A model generated the notes under the pieces. That model made no database searches. It had not been told where the DNA came from and saw only the letters and a list, made by a program, of their open reading frames with translations. Below, piece after piece: positions 45,280-55,957 of a stretch of 64,000 bases of DNA (the stretch's first letter is position 1; every line of letters starts with the position of its first letter). The stretch is from a virus. The DNA lies in IMG/VR virus record IMGVR_UViG_3300005077_000010, positions 1 to 64,000 of that record; one strand, 5' to 3'. The translations under genes and the position numbers were made by a program.

Positions 45280-47158
45280 ATGGCTTTAGGTACAAGTTTT
45301 ATAACACACGATGATGAAGTGACCTGCTTTATCCCTAACCGTTAATCTTGGGGCTTATATAGGTGACTATATAAGAAAACACTTTTAATTCAGGGAACAT
45401 CCTATAAAAGGACAATCCTGAGCCAATCGGAGACGAAATGCAACAACAAAATCCTCTATCATTAAAATATAATATATATGATTTTAATGCTAAGATTAGT
45501 AATGCCGTCTGCGAAGGTGCAACGACTATGGCTGGTAATAAAACAAGGGAGAAATGGTTCAAAGATGGACTAGCCCGTACAACGCATGTATTTAATTCCG
45601 CTATGCTTGGAATGTATTTAGGAGATAGTTACGGTCACCGATTAAAAAGTGGTAATATTGCACTATATATTCGGCACGGGGGTGACCAATTAGATTTAGT
45701 AGACGAAAAAGTAAAATTTTTATCTCCTTATATTAAACCAAAAAGTTTACGTACTTGTGTAGATAATAACGGATATAAATACAGATACGCATATTATAAT
45801 GAAAGAAAACTTAAACATCTTTTTAATTTAATATATGGAAAAGGTGAACCAATAAAGCGAATTAATAGAAAACTTTTAAATCGTTTTACAGACGTTAGTC
45901 TCGCTTTTCTATATATGGATGATGGGCATCTTTCATTACGTAGGAAAAAAGAAACAAATAAAATTCAAGGGCGTTATATATATTTAAATACCCAAGGTTT
46001 TACAGTAGAAGAAAATCAAATGTTTGCAGTAATGTTAAAACAAAAATTTGATTTGTCCTTTAAAGTGTCGTTTGATCATGAACACGCCAGATTGTGGTGC
46101 AACACGCAAAACGCACTAAAATTTATAAGTATTGTAAAACCTATAGTGTCTTTTTTTCCTACTATGCAGTATAAATTAGATCTTAAATACCAGCAACAAA
46201 TAAGTGAGACTCATAATAACGAGTCTATGATACAGTCTGAACTACACGGAAACGTGTAGAGATAATTAGAGATAATTATCCGCCTAGTTTTAATACTAGG
46301 TCATAAAGTAACAGCGCGGAGATTTGGGCAGACGAAGTTCTAGATGCACTAGAACACAACCTAGTCATGGCAAAACTAGTTAACACGAGTTATTCCGACC
46401 TAGTTCGTGGGAAGGGTGACACCGTTAATATTCCTACTCTATCTAATTTAACTGCTCATGATAAGGCAGTAAAGACAGCTGTAACAGTTCAGGCACCCGA
46501 CGAAAGTTGTCTAGCTATTACAGTAGATAAGCATAAGGAAACAAGCTTTGTGGTTGAAGATTTTGTAGAGATTCAGACTTCTGTAAATCTACGTGGATCT
46601 TACACAAAGCGTGCTGGTTATGCGATTGCTAAAGTAATTGATGATGATTTAATTACAAAGGCGGGAACTTGTTTTGATTGTATCGATTCAACTTCCGTTG
46701 GTAACTCTAGTGTGCTTGATGAGAACGACATTCTACTTGCCAAGACTCTACTTGACGAGAATGATGTTCCTCCTGAAGATCGGCACCTAGTAGTAGCTCC
46801 CCAGCAATATAATGAGCTACTTAAGATTGCTCGTTTTACCGAACATCGTATGCTAAACAATGATGGTATGCCTATTCAGAAGGGTCTACTTGGGACTATT
46901 CATGGGTTTACTGTATGGATGACTCAGCAATTAGCGGCTACTGGTACTGGAACATCTGATACCATTAATACGCTAGCTTTTCATCGGGATGCTATTGCTC
47001 TACTAATGCAAATGAATCCTCGTGTACAGGCTAACTATATTCCTGAGTATCTTGCTTGGCTAGTAACGATTGACACTATTTATGGTATGGGGTGTTTACG
47101 CGCAGATTTTGGATTTATTATTCAGAACGACGCAATTACCTACTCATCTTGTACTTAA
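45280..47158 (+). CDS. major capsid protein, spliced (exon 1 45280-45336, exon 2 46319-47158; 298 aa)
   Basis: joining gives MALGTSFITHDDEVTCFIP|EIWADEVL, restoring the FIPEIW motif; GDTVNIP, LA...D, D..YG. Confidence 0.92.
45337..46318 (+). mobile_element. group I self-splicing intron (982 nt)
   Basis: exon ends in U paired with G in P1 (CCCUAA/UUGGGG); P AAUUCAGGGAA, Q AAUCCUGAGC, R GCAACGACUA, S AUGAUACAGUC, P9 with GAAA loop; terminal G. Confidence 0.92.
45528..46259 (+). CDS. intron-encoded double-motif LAGLIDADG homing endonuclease
   Basis: MLGMYLGDS and LAFLYMDDG motifs; probable start 45528 after AAGGTG. Confidence 0.88.
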   Translation: MAGNKTREKWFKDGLARTTHVFNSAMLGMYLGDSYGHRLKSGNIALYIRHGGDQLDLVDEKVKFLSPYIKPKSLRTCVDNNGYKYRYAYYNERKLKHLFNLIYGKGEPIKRINRKLLNRFTDVSLAFLYMDDGHLSLRRKKETNKIQGRYIYLNTQGFTVEENQMFAVMLKQKFDLSFKVSFDHEHARLWCNTQNALKFISIVKPIVSFFPTMQYKLDLKYQQQISETHNNESMIQSELHGNV

Positions 47159-47167
47159 TTTTTTGAC

Positions 47168-47204
47168 TGAATAGGGGGGTAGGGGTAACTCTACTCCCCT
47201 ATTC
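47168..47204 (+). terminator. hairpin after the capsid gene
   Basis: GAATAGGGGGGTAG/CTACTCCCCTATTC. Confidence 0.6.
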
Positions 47205-47230
47205 TATTTATATATAGAAGGAGAATTAAA

Positions 47231-47665
47231 ATGCCCCTAGCAATACGGACAATAAAGAAAGTAGCAGACGGGTCTATAAAGAGAGTAAATGAAGGTGTTG
47301 CTGCTAATATGGTGGGAAAAGGATTATATGTATATGCAGATGACGGTCCTGATTTAAGTAGAGCATTTGTTGTTGCGAACTCTAAAACCCTTGACAAGTT
47401 AGAAAAGCGAGAGACTCCTATTGTAGATTTTAAAAAGGATTTAAAGCCTGTAAAGTCTACTGAAGCAAAATCAACTACTCCGAAGAGAATTAAGAAAGAA
47501 AGTATACCAAAAGAGCAGATGGATGCGATTAAAGCTATTAATGCAGCACAACCATCTCCCGCAATTAATACACAAGCTGACGGATTTTCAAATTTAGTTA
47601 AACATGCCAAAGACAGATTAAAGAAAACCCAAACTAAAATTCCTCTAAAACTGCCAGAAAAGTAA
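47231..47665 (+). CDS. hypothetical virion-module protein
   Basis: AAGGAG RBS; follows the capsid gene. Confidence 0.75.
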   Translation: MPLAIRTIKKVADGSIKRVNEGVAANMVGKGLYVYADDGPDLSRAFVVANSKTLDKLEKRETPIVDFKKDLKPVKSTEAKSTTPKRIKKESIPKEQMDAIKAINAAQPSPAINTQADGFSNLVKHAKDRLKKTQTKIPLKLPEK

Positions 47666-47679
47666 TAAAAGGTGAAGAA

Positions 47680-48519
47680 ATGAAAGAGAATAGAAAAACA
47701 GGCGCGATTCATCAACTAGATAAAAAATTAAGTGTTCCGAAACATAATATTATTGGATTAGATGGAAAACCCTTAAAGAAAGAATTTAGGCGGTTTGATG
47801 CTGATCCTGACAAAAAGAAATTGCTTTGTATTTATGTTCCTGTATCTATGCCTTTTGTATACAGAAAGTTTTTTGCCAATTTTTTACGAATCATTCATCC
47901 TTCTCATTTTATTAATTGGAAAAAGTATGGTGTAGTAAGTTATTATACACAGATACAAACGACATTTCCATTATGTAAAAATAGAAATGAAGCGGTATTA
48001 AAAGCATTAGAGCATGAAGCAGATTATATAATGTTTGTGGATGCTGATATGCAACATCCGGCAGAGATTATAACACAATTATTAGCGCATCAGTTACCAG
48101 TTGTTAGTGGTATGTATTTTCATCAAGCTCCGCCTCATTTACCTGTAGTTTATAAGCACAAAGAAGGTATTCACTATACACATTATTATGATTATCCTAA
48201 AGATGAGTTATTTACTGTAGATTTAGTGGGAATGGGATGTATGTTGGTAGACACTAAAATCTTTAAACATATAGAATTACCTTATTTTGGTTATCGGTCT
48301 AGTAGAAAAGATGGGATAGTTGAAGGGACAGAAGAAGTTATATTTTGTGAAAAAATTAGAGAAGCCGGTTTTGATATAGTTGTCGATCCAAAAATTCAGT
48401 GTACTCATTTTGCTATTGAAGATGTATCTGAAGTTTCATTTGACAGTTATATGAATGAATACAAAACAGGGCAAGCATTATTAGAAAAATTTGGAGAAAC
48501 TTATAGAAATGCTACTTAA
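47680..48519 (+). CDS. GT2-like glycosyltransferase within the virion module
   Basis: RN......L...ADYIMFVDADM, GMGCML, E...FC, DP.I.C.H. Confidence 0.85.
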   Translation: MKENRKTGAIHQLDKKLSVPKHNIIGLDGKPLKKEFRRFDADPDKKKLLCIYVPVSMPFVYRKFFANFLRIIHPSHFINWKKYGVVSYYTQIQTTFPLCKNRNEAVLKALEHEADYIMFVDADMQHPAEIITQLLAHQLPVVSGMYFHQAPPHLPVVYKHKEGIHYTHYYDYPKDELFTVDLVGMGCMLVDTKIFKHIELPYFGYRSSRKDGIVEGTEEVIFCEKIREAGFDIVVDPKIQCTHFAIEDVSEVSFDSYMNEYKTGQALLEKFGETYRNAT

Positions 48520-48778
48520 TATAATTTTGTATATATTATGTGTTTATGGTATAGCAACAATTATTTCTTCAGAATATATATTTTCATTAGTTATAGATAA
48601 ATTTAAAAAATATAAAACTTTGTATTATTTACTAACTTGTAATAAATGTATGACAGTTTGGGTTGGATTTATAGTATCTTTATTAGGGTTTGGTATCATT
48701 AGTCCTATAGTTGACCCATTTATTGCTTATACATGCACACTATTTTTAAATAAATTTCTCGAAGATCCTGAAATTTAG
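48509..48778 (+). CDS. DUF1360-like membrane protein
   Basis: TM segments, LLTCNKCMTVWV. Confidence 0.6.
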   Translation: MLLNIILYILCVYGIATIISSEYIFSLVIDKFKKYKTLYYLLTCNKCMTVWVGFIVSLLGFGIISPIVDPFIAYTCTLFLNKFLEDPEI

Positions 48779-48846
48779 TTGATTATTAAATTTTAAAATG
48801 ATATCATAATATAGAATGCTATAAATACGAAGGGAGTATTCTATCT

Positions 48847-49440
48847 ATGGATATCATACTAAGTAACGCCCATTCTAGTTATGCTAAAGGTGCTTCTGGA
48901 GATTTTGGAGGCAAACTTTATGCTGAATATGATTTATCTGCCTCTATAAATAAATTATTATACGATTTACTTATTAAAGCTGGGTTTACTACTACTATTA
49001 TTGACGCTTCTCATATAACTCCATATTCAAAATCATTAGAATATAAAGCTAAAGCAATTAGTGATTACACCCCAAAAGTGGCAGTTGAAACTCATTTTAA
49101 CGCAGGGCCGAATGTCGTTTTATCTAAAGTTAGTTGCGGAATGGAAATTGTATATACTGATAGGCATACTAAACAATGTGAATTATTAGCTCAATGTTGT
49201 ATGCAAAGTATGATACATTCACTGCCTTTTAAAATACGAAGAGATGGTAGTGGATTATATAAACATAATAAAATTTATTTATTAAATACTGTTACATGTC
49301 CAATTATTATTGTCGAAGTTTGTTTTATTACTCATCCTATAGATAGATTATTTTTATTACACCCTAGAGCTATTGATATTATTGCTAATAGCTTATGTAC
49401 TGGCATTATTAATTTTTTAAAAGTTAACAAGGGGGAGTAA
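48847..49440 (+). CDS. N-acetylmuramoyl-L-alanine amidase (Amidase_3), putative endolysin
   Basis: H...E, HFNA, P.IIVEVCFI Zn/catalytic motifs. Confidence 0.85.
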   Translation: MDIILSNAHSSYAKGASGDFGGKLYAEYDLSASINKLLYDLLIKAGFTTTIIDASHITPYSKSLEYKAKAISDYTPKVAVETHFNAGPNVVLSKVSCGMEIVYTDRHTKQCELLAQCCMQSMIHSLPFKIRRDGSGLYKHNKIYLLNTVTCPIIIVEVCFITHPIDRLFLLHPRAIDIIANSLCTGIINFLKVNKGE

Positions 49441-49441
49441 T

Positions 49442-49783
49442 GTGGGAGATAGTACATTCGGCAAAGAGGATATGTATTTATTTATGGAATCCCACAAGAA
49501 TATGGTGGAACTCCATACTCTTGTGTTAACTCAACTTCAAGCTTTATTAAAAAGTAACGAAGAATCAGTTAAAAAAACAGATCAAGTATTACAAGCGATT
49601 AGTAATATGACAGATAAAATGGGAGATTATGTAGAAAAAGCTGGACAAATACAAATTGCAATGGCACAAAATCAATCTGAAAATACTAAAGCCCATGAAG
49701 CTATTAAAAATTATATGTATGTGGGTTGGGTAGGAATGGCAAGTATTATTTTATTACTTGTGTTAACATTTATAATAGTATAG
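49442..49783 (+). CDS. coiled-coil protein with C-terminal TM, possibly holin-like
   Basis: topology and position after the amidase. Confidence 0.45.
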   Translation: MGDSTFGKEDMYLFMESHKNMVELHTLVLTQLQALLKSNEESVKKTDQVLQAISNMTDKMGDYVEKAGQIQIAMAQNQSENTKAHEAIKNYMYVGWVGMASIILLLVLTFIIV

Positions 49784-49794
49784 CAGGATTAAAA

Positions 49795-50988
49795 ATGGAT
49801 AAGATAGATCAAATTACAACGGCCACAATTCTTGATAACATTCCAGCATTAGTATACGTAAAAGATACCAATAATAGATTATTAAAAGTCAATAACTCAT
49901 TAGCCGTTGCATTAAATCTACAAAAGGACAAAATAGAAAACAAATCATGTTGGGAGTTATGTCCTCATGATTTAGCAGACATATATTGGGAACATGATCA
50001 ACTTATCCAAATAAATGGCGAACCGATAAAAAATATTGTAGAAGAAATAGTAGTTAACGGGGTTAGACGATGGCATAGAACAGATAAATATCCATTAAAA
50101 AACGAAGCAGGAAAAGTAATAGGTATTGTGGGTATTTCAATTGATATCCACGCAAATAAGAAAGAACACGAACAATTAGTACAACTGCAAACAGCAATGG
50201 AATTTTCTCATAGTGTAGTAATAGTTACAGACACAAAAGGAATTATTACATATGTTAATCCGCGTTTTACACAAGTTACAGGTTATACGCGAAAAGAAGC
50301 ATTAGGTAAAAGTACTAGGATGCTAAAATCTGGTAAACTTTCTCCATCTATATATACACATTTATGGGATACTATTACTAATGGAAATGTATGGAGTGGA
50401 GAATTTTTAAATAAGACAAAATCAGGAGAATATTATTGGGAAGTAGGAAATGTAGCCCCAGTTAGAAATACAGAAGGAGAAATCACTAATTTTATTAAAG
50501 TATCTTCCGCATTAACTGATTTAAAACGTACTGTATTTAATGTTTGGAATGTATTTGAGGATTCCAATAATTTAATTGTCGTGCTAGATAAAACAATGCA
50601 AATAATTTATTGTAATCAAGCAGTGGCGTTTCAATTAGGATTCCCATCATCAAATGAACTTATAGGAAAAAGTTGGAAAGAATTTATTCCTACAGAGTCA
50701 AAACATATTGTTGAATTAGTACATAGTGAATTAATTAAAGGATCATATAAAGTAAAAGAATTTGTAAATGATATTCAAGATATTAATGGTAATACTTATA
50801 TGGTACGGTGGTTTAACTCAAATATTAATGGAAATACGGGGTTAACTTTTAGTATTGGTGTAGTAGCAAAATCTACAATCAATATTAATGACTCTGTTGA
50901 AACTATACGTAAACATTTTAAAATGTCTATTGATAAAGATAAACATTTTATTTTAGCCATGAAAAAAAGTTTACAACATGAAATATAA
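49795..50988 (+). CDS. triple PAS-domain protein with no output domain
   Basis: three PAS/PAC repeats (VYVKD..NR; ITYVNPRFTQVTGY..EALG...W.GEF.N..K.GE.YW; I.YCN). Confidence 0.9.
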   Translation: MDKIDQITTATILDNIPALVYVKDTNNRLLKVNNSLAVALNLQKDKIENKSCWELCPHDLADIYWEHDQLIQINGEPIKNIVEEIVVNGVRRWHRTDKYPLKNEAGKVIGIVGISIDIHANKKEHEQLVQLQTAMEFSHSVVIVTDTKGIITYVNPRFTQVTGYTRKEALGKSTRMLKSGKLSPSIYTHLWDTITNGNVWSGEFLNKTKSGEYYWEVGNVAPVRNTEGEITNFIKVSSALTDLKRTVFNVWNVFEDSNNLIVVLDKTMQIIYCNQAVAFQLGFPSSNELIGKSWKEFIPTESKHIVELVHSELIKGSYKVKEFVNDIQDINGNTYMVRWFNSNINGNTGLTFSIGVVAKSTININDSVETIRKHFKMSIDKDKHFILAMKKSLQHEI

Positions 50989-51313
50989 TAATAATACCAA
51001 ACAACATATAGTATCAAATATGTTACGCCTTTCTTCAAATTATCAAAAATGGAGAAATGAAGTAATAAAAATACAAGGTAATAGATGTCAAGTATGTGGA
51101 ACTAATAAATATTTACAAGTACATCATAAAACAGAAGTATCAGAAATATTATATAAGTATTTTAAATATAAAAATCGCAAATATATAGATTTTCAAGAAA
51201 CTTTAAAAGATTTAGATAATATTCCTGAATTATGGGAAACCTCAAACGGGGAAGTACTTTGTAAATATTGTCATGCAGCTGAACATCCTGATAACTTGGA
51301 TATGTTAATTTAG
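50978..51313 (+). CDS. HNH endonuclease
   Basis: CQVCG...VHH...NG..LC..CH...H. Confidence 0.88.
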   Translation: MKYNNNTKQHIVSNMLRLSSNYQKWRNEVIKIQGNRCQVCGTNKYLQVHHKTEVSEILYKYFKYKNRKYIDFQETLKDLDNIPELWETSNGEVLCKYCHAAEHPDNLDMLI

Positions 51314-51323
51314 GAGATTTAAT

Positions 51324-51512
51324 ATGCCGAATGTACAAAAGGGCGAAAGCCAAAAAGACTTTGTTTCACGGTGTATTCCTTATTTAATGAAACAAGAACA
51401 AAAAACTCAAGCACAAGCAACTGCCATTTGTTATAATTTATATAAACAAGCTAAAATTAAACCAAAACGCCGATCTAGAAAAAAACGTCAAACCCCAACA
51501 AAAAGGAAATAA
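51324..51512 (+). CDS. small basic phage protein
   Basis: MP....GES..DFVSRC...QA.AIC. Confidence 0.7.
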   Translation: MPNVQKGESQKDFVSRCIPYLMKQEQKTQAQATAICYNLYKQAKIKPKRRSRKKRQTPTKRK

Positions 51513-51516
51513 TATA

Positions 51517-51711
51517 ATGGCAAAACCCTGGATTAAAAATGCTATTAAAAAGAAAGGGGCTTTACGTAAAACATTAAAGAAAAAGAAAGGCAAAAAAATT
51601 ACATTAAAAGATCTAGCAAAAGCTAAAAAAAGTAAAAATCCTACTACACGACGTAGAGCAGCACTTGCTATGACTCTTAGAAAATTTAATAAAAAACAAC
51701 ATAAAAAATAA
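51517..51711 (+). CDS. small, highly basic phage protein
   Basis: WIKNAIKKKGALR...RRAALA.TL. Confidence 0.75.
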   Translation: MAKPWIKNAIKKKGALRKTLKKKKGKKITLKDLAKAKKSKNPTTRRRAALAMTLRKFNKKQHKK

Positions 51712-51725
51712 ATAGGAGAACTACC

Positions 51726-52139
51726 ATGGGAGCTATTGCAGCATTTGTAGCTAAATTTGGAACTGCTATTCAGTTTCTTATCCCATTATTACGGCTACTA
51801 TGGAAAATCTTGAATCCTAAAATTAAAGGAATATTAGATACTTTATGGGATTATACAGAAGATTATGTTGAAAAAGAATTACAAACACTAGAAAAGAAAA
51901 ATTTAGGGGACTCAAAAAGTAAAATTAAAGAAGCTGTGTTTAATACAACTGCTAAAAAAGCGTTGTCATCACAAGGGTATTCATTAACTACAGCAGAACT
52001 TAATTTGGCTAGAGAACTTATACATTATAAAAAAGTTAAACCCAAAACTCGTAAAGTAAAATCGCGTAAACAAACAAAAAAGCAAACCAAAAAATCGTGT
52101 AAACAAACCAAAAAATCTAAAAGCAGTAATAACCAATAA
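51726..52139 (+). CDS. hypothetical protein with basic tail
   Basis: AGGAG RBS; ORF. Confidence 0.7.
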   Translation: MGAIAAFVAKFGTAIQFLIPLLRLLWKILNPKIKGILDTLWDYTEDYVEKELQTLEKKNLGDSKSKIKEAVFNTTAKKALSSQGYSLTTAELNLARELIHYKKVKPKTRKVKSRKQTKKQTKKSCKQTKKSKSSNNQ

Positions 52140-52150
52140 AGAGGACCACA

Positions 52151-55100
52151 ATGAAAAAATTTACTTTTGTTATTTTACTACTCACACTTTTTATCCCCTT
52201 TAATGTTAATGCCGACCTTTCTCCCCCAGCTACTGTAGAAAGCGGATCTGTTACAACTGAAAAAGACCTTGTAACAGGTACAGGACTTACAGGGGGAGCA
52301 AATGATGTACTTGTTGGAGAAGACGGGGATGTTACAATTAGTACAGTACAAGATATCGCAACTACAGCAACTCCGTCATTTTCAGGTATTAATTTAACAG
52401 ATGATACGGATCTCAACGGAAACGACCTTTCAGAAGTTGGAAATTTATCAGTAGAAGATAATATAACAAGTGATGATAGATATCAGTGCGGAGCAGTTAC
52501 GTCCGCACTTCTTAACGGTGCGCCAGTAGTTTATGATGGAACAGACTACCTAAATACACCTGCTGAATCAGGATGTGCTAGCGGATACATTCTATTTCTA
52601 GTAGCAGAGGGAGAGCCGTCTTATGCTACATGTGATAGTCCATCTCTTGATATTTCCACCGCATATACTGATCCAAATGGATTTTTTGATGATGAAGCGG
52701 ATATATATGTTGCAGCAGTGAACCTTCCAGGTATGGGAATGCATGGTACTTTCTACTTTACAAATTATACGGAATTTGCGGCTGTAGTAGAAATGTTGGA
52801 GGGATCGATTGATGCATATGAAGTAGCATTCAGTTGGAACAGTACAACTTGCGAATATGATACCGAGACTTTATCAACTGTTTCATGGTATACAGACACG
52901 TGTAGCGGGGATGATGCAAACTGTCCTGCTACTACATTTCCTTCTCCTTCAGTTACGGTCACCGCATCACCAATTTACAGTTTTAACTTTGATGCTACCA
53001 CGAAATCACTGACGATAGAAAATGATATAACTGCCGGTAACACTATAAGTGGAAGTACTCTTAATGGTACTTACTCTACAATTACTGATGGTGTAGCAGT
53101 TGGAGAAAATACAGAATTAGAAGTAGAGACTAATCTTAATCAGGCTGGGGTTGTTATACATAAAACTTATACAGATTATGATGAAAGTCTCTATGCTGGA
53201 CCTGGAGAACCCAACTCAAATTATGTTAGGTCAGGGCTACGAATTCAAACGTTTGCCAATCCTGCTACTGCATATGATGGATCAGGTTATTATCAGATTA
53301 CATACGGACTACAAAACTTAGTTATGTCGGGTACGGCTAATAACATCGATCAGGTATACGGAAGTTTAAACCAAGCTTACGTGTCTGGCGATGGTCAAAC
53401 TGCTTACGGGGTTACAGGAGTTAATTCTCAGATTGGTACCACTCATGCTAACGCAACAATTGCTTCAGGTTATCTATATAATGCTAGTATTGCTTTTGCG
53501 TTAGGAACTCATACGTCAGTGGTAGGGTATAACGTAGAAGATCTGACCACGAACGCAGTCACCGCTTGGGGTATTAAGTCAGCTACTGATATGTTAGCAC
53601 TAGATAATATCGAATGGGTATTTGGGACTGACAGTGATATACGTATTGGTCATAACGGAACGGCTGGGGAACTGACAATTGCTGACGGAGTGGGCGATCA
53701 AGATATTAAACTACTCTTTAATGGTACTACGAATGACGGCACTATTACATATATGGAAGATGAAGATTTATTTAATTTTGATGAATCAATTACAACATCA
53801 GCATATTTAGGTTTAGGTGTACTAGCAGATGCCCCCGGAAGTACTAACGGTATAATATGGGTTGAAAGTGATGGAATACACGCTTATTATGGTGATACAG
53901 AACATACATTAGGAGTGTCTAATGTAGTTGTAGAAGATGACGCATATGGAAGCGGATGGGATGACGACACTACTAATGCCCCTAGCCAAAATGCGGTATA
54001 TGATATTCTAAACCAATATGATACAGATGATGATGGAGATATTGATAATTTGGATTCTGGTGTAATAGTAAATACGGAGTGTACTTTAGTTTCAACATTT
54101 ACAGATGATGCGATTAATACAGCAATAGACGCATTAACCGATGGCGGGTGTGTTCAATTATTAGAGGGAGAATACGTAGTAGATACCGGAATTGTTATTA
54201 CTAAAAGTAATATCACCATACAAGGGGTAGGCTGGAGTAGTATATTAAAAATTCCAACTAACACAAATACTGGATTATATCGTGTATTAAGTAACCGCTA
54301 TGCAGCAGGAGCCGATCCTAATGATGAGTATGCGGTTAATAACTTAACACTTAAAGATTTTGCAATAGACGGCAATAATGCAAATCAATCTTCAGGTGAT
54401 CATAACGGTATTGAAATTAGTGGTATGGATAATGTTATGATTGATCATTTATATATTCATGATTTACTAGATCGTCCTATTAGAGTACAAGATAATAAAG
54501 CTACAGGTTTAGTAGATCCTGATAACTTAACAATAAAAAATTGTACATTAGATCGAGAAACTGATACTGATCAAGTTATTTATATTACCGACGCTTCAGA
54601 TGTTTTTATTACTAGCAATAAAATAATGAATGGCGATACGGCTATTATTATTTATTTAAATGACGGAAAAGGGATTATAACAAATAACGTGTTTACAAAT
54701 GTAAATGGCGCTATTTATACGGGTAATTCTATTGGGTATTATGTAATAGCTAATAATGATATTTATGCGTCAGGTGGAGGTAATGATTACGGTATTCAAT
54801 GTTTATCCGATAAATCCGTTATTCAAAGTAATAACATATATAATACATTAGCTGCTGGTATTTATATTGACCAAAGTGATTATGTACTAGTGTCTAACAA
54901 TTTATTATATGAGTGTGGAAATGAGTTTAATCACACACTTATAAATAGTGGAGATTACAACTTAATTATAGGAAATTCAATAATTGACACTGTAGGAACA
55001 CACGGCATATATATAATGTCAAATTCCGACAATAGCGTAATATCAAATAACTATGTGAACGGCGCAAATGCTGAAGATATTGAAGATGATTCTTCTCCTG

Positions 55101-55954
55101 GTGATAGTTTTATATCATTTAATGCATCTTCTGCTAATAGGTATTTAAAAATAGGTGGTGGAGGAGGTACAGGAGGGACAGTTGAATTACCAGATAGGTT
55201 AGTCCACATAGAAGGGTACACAACGCTAACTAATACAGTTGATTATCCATTACGAATTGGTACAACTACAAACGGCACACCCGCAGCAAGTATCGGAGTC
55301 GGACTAGAAGCTGAAATAGAAACAGCGGCAGATAACTATGAAGTAGGAGGAACGCTTGAATTTGCTGCTACAGATGTGGGAAATGCTAGTGAAGATTTTG
55401 ACTTTATTGTTAAATTAATGGCTGGCGGATCTGCGGCGGCACAAATGTTTAAAGTAGATAGTACAGGGACAGTAAGTGCTACTGATTATACTTCTGGAAG
55501 TGGTACAGGATCAGTTCCTACTTACTCATTTACATCAGATCCAGACACAGGAATGTATAATGGATCTGGTGATGTATTATCATTTTCTGCTGGAACAGAA
55601 ACTATAATGACAATTATAGAATCAGGAGTAGATTATGTAAATTTCGCAAGAAGTGTTGTTTATGCCCCAGCTAGTGTAACGTGTTCAGATCCTACGGATA
55701 CTTGTACAGATGATGTAGGTAAAAGTACAGTTTATTTAACTACTGGATCGGATGGTCAAGCGGATACATGTACAGTAGCAGATTCTTCAGTAGATGGATT
55801 GAGAAAAACATGGTGGCATCTTGCGGGAACAGACTCCGTTACAATTGACACTGGCGGGGAAGATGTTGTACTTGCAGATCAATTTGATACAGTAACACTT
55901 GAATGGTTAGGATCTACTCATAAATGGCGGATATTAGCATCTTCGGGACTATAA
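52151..55954 (+). CDS. large fibre/spike-like protein with right-handed beta-helix and N-terminal signal peptide
   Basis: INTAIDAL..GG.V.L.EG.Y pectate-lyase-like start, NosD-like repeats; MKK-hydrophobic-VNA. Confidence 0.75.
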   Translation: MKKFTFVILLLTLFIPFNVNADLSPPATVESGSVTTEKDLVTGTGLTGGANDVLVGEDGDVTISTVQDIATTATPSFSGINLTDDTDLNGNDLSEVGNLSVEDNITSDDRYQCGAVTSALLNGAPVVYDGTDYLNTPAESGCASGYILFLVAEGEPSYATCDSPSLDISTAYTDPNGFFDDEADIYVAAVNLPGMGMHGTFYFTNYTEFAAVVEMLEGSIDAYEVAFSWNSTTCEYDTETLSTVSWYTDTCSGDDANCPATTFPSPSVTVTASPIYSFNFDATTKSLTIENDITAGNTISGSTLNGTYSTITDGVAVGENTELEVETNLNQAGVVIHKTYTDYDESLYAGPGEPNSNYVRSGLRIQTFANPATAYDGSGYYQITYGLQNLVMSGTANNIDQVYGSLNQAYVSGDGQTAYGVTGVNSQIGTTHANATIASGYLYNASIAFALGTHTSVVGYNVEDLTTNAVTAWGIKSATDMLALDNIEWVFGTDSDIRIGHNGTAGELTIADGVGDQDIKLLFNGTTNDGTITYMEDEDLFNFDESITTSAYLGLGVLADAPGSTNGIIWVESDGIHAYYGDTEHTLGVSNVVVEDDAYGSGWDDDTTNAPSQNAVYDILNQYDTDDDGDIDNLDSGVIVNTECTLVSTFTDDAINTAIDALTDGGCVQLLEGEYVVDTGIVITKSNITIQGVGWSSILKIPTNTNTGLYRVLSNRYAAGADPNDEYAVNNLTLKDFAIDGNNANQSSGDHNGIEISGMDNVMIDHLYIHDLLDRPIRVQDNKATGLVDPDNLTIKNCTLDRETDTDQVIYITDASDVFITSNKIMNGDTAIIIYLNDGKGIITNNVFTNVNGAIYTGNSIGYYVIANNDIYASGGGNDYGIQCLSDKSVIQSNNIYNTLAAGIYIDQSDYVLVSNNLLYECGNEFNHTLINSGDYNLIIGNSIIDTVGTHGIYIMSNSDNSVISNNYVNGANAEDIEDDSSPGDSFISFNASSANRYLKIGGGGGTGGTVELPDRLVHIEGYTTLTNTVDYPLRIGTTTNGTPAASIGVGLEAEIETAADNYEVGGTLEFAATDVGNASEDFDFIVKLMAGGSAAAQMFKVDSTGTVSATDYTSGSGTGSVPTYSFTSDPDTGMYNGSGDVLSFSAGTETIMTIIESGVDYVNFARSVVYAPASVTCSDPTDTCTDDVGKSTVYLTTGSDGQADTCTVADSSVDGLRKTWWHLAGTDSVTIDTGGEDVVLADQFDTVTLEWLGSTHKWRILASSGL

Positions 55955-55957
55955 TAC

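Noticed and set aside
45438-45527. N-terminal extension of the homing endonuclease given by the ORF track
   Set aside because: It lies in intron P6/R structure with no clear RBS; 45528 has AAGGTG upstream. An AGGGAG-ATG at ~45554 is out of frame and closes after 13 codons
46367-47158. Capsid protein starting at 46367
   Set aside because: It lacks the FIPEIW N-terminal motif and an RBS; exon 1 at 45280 has AGGAGG
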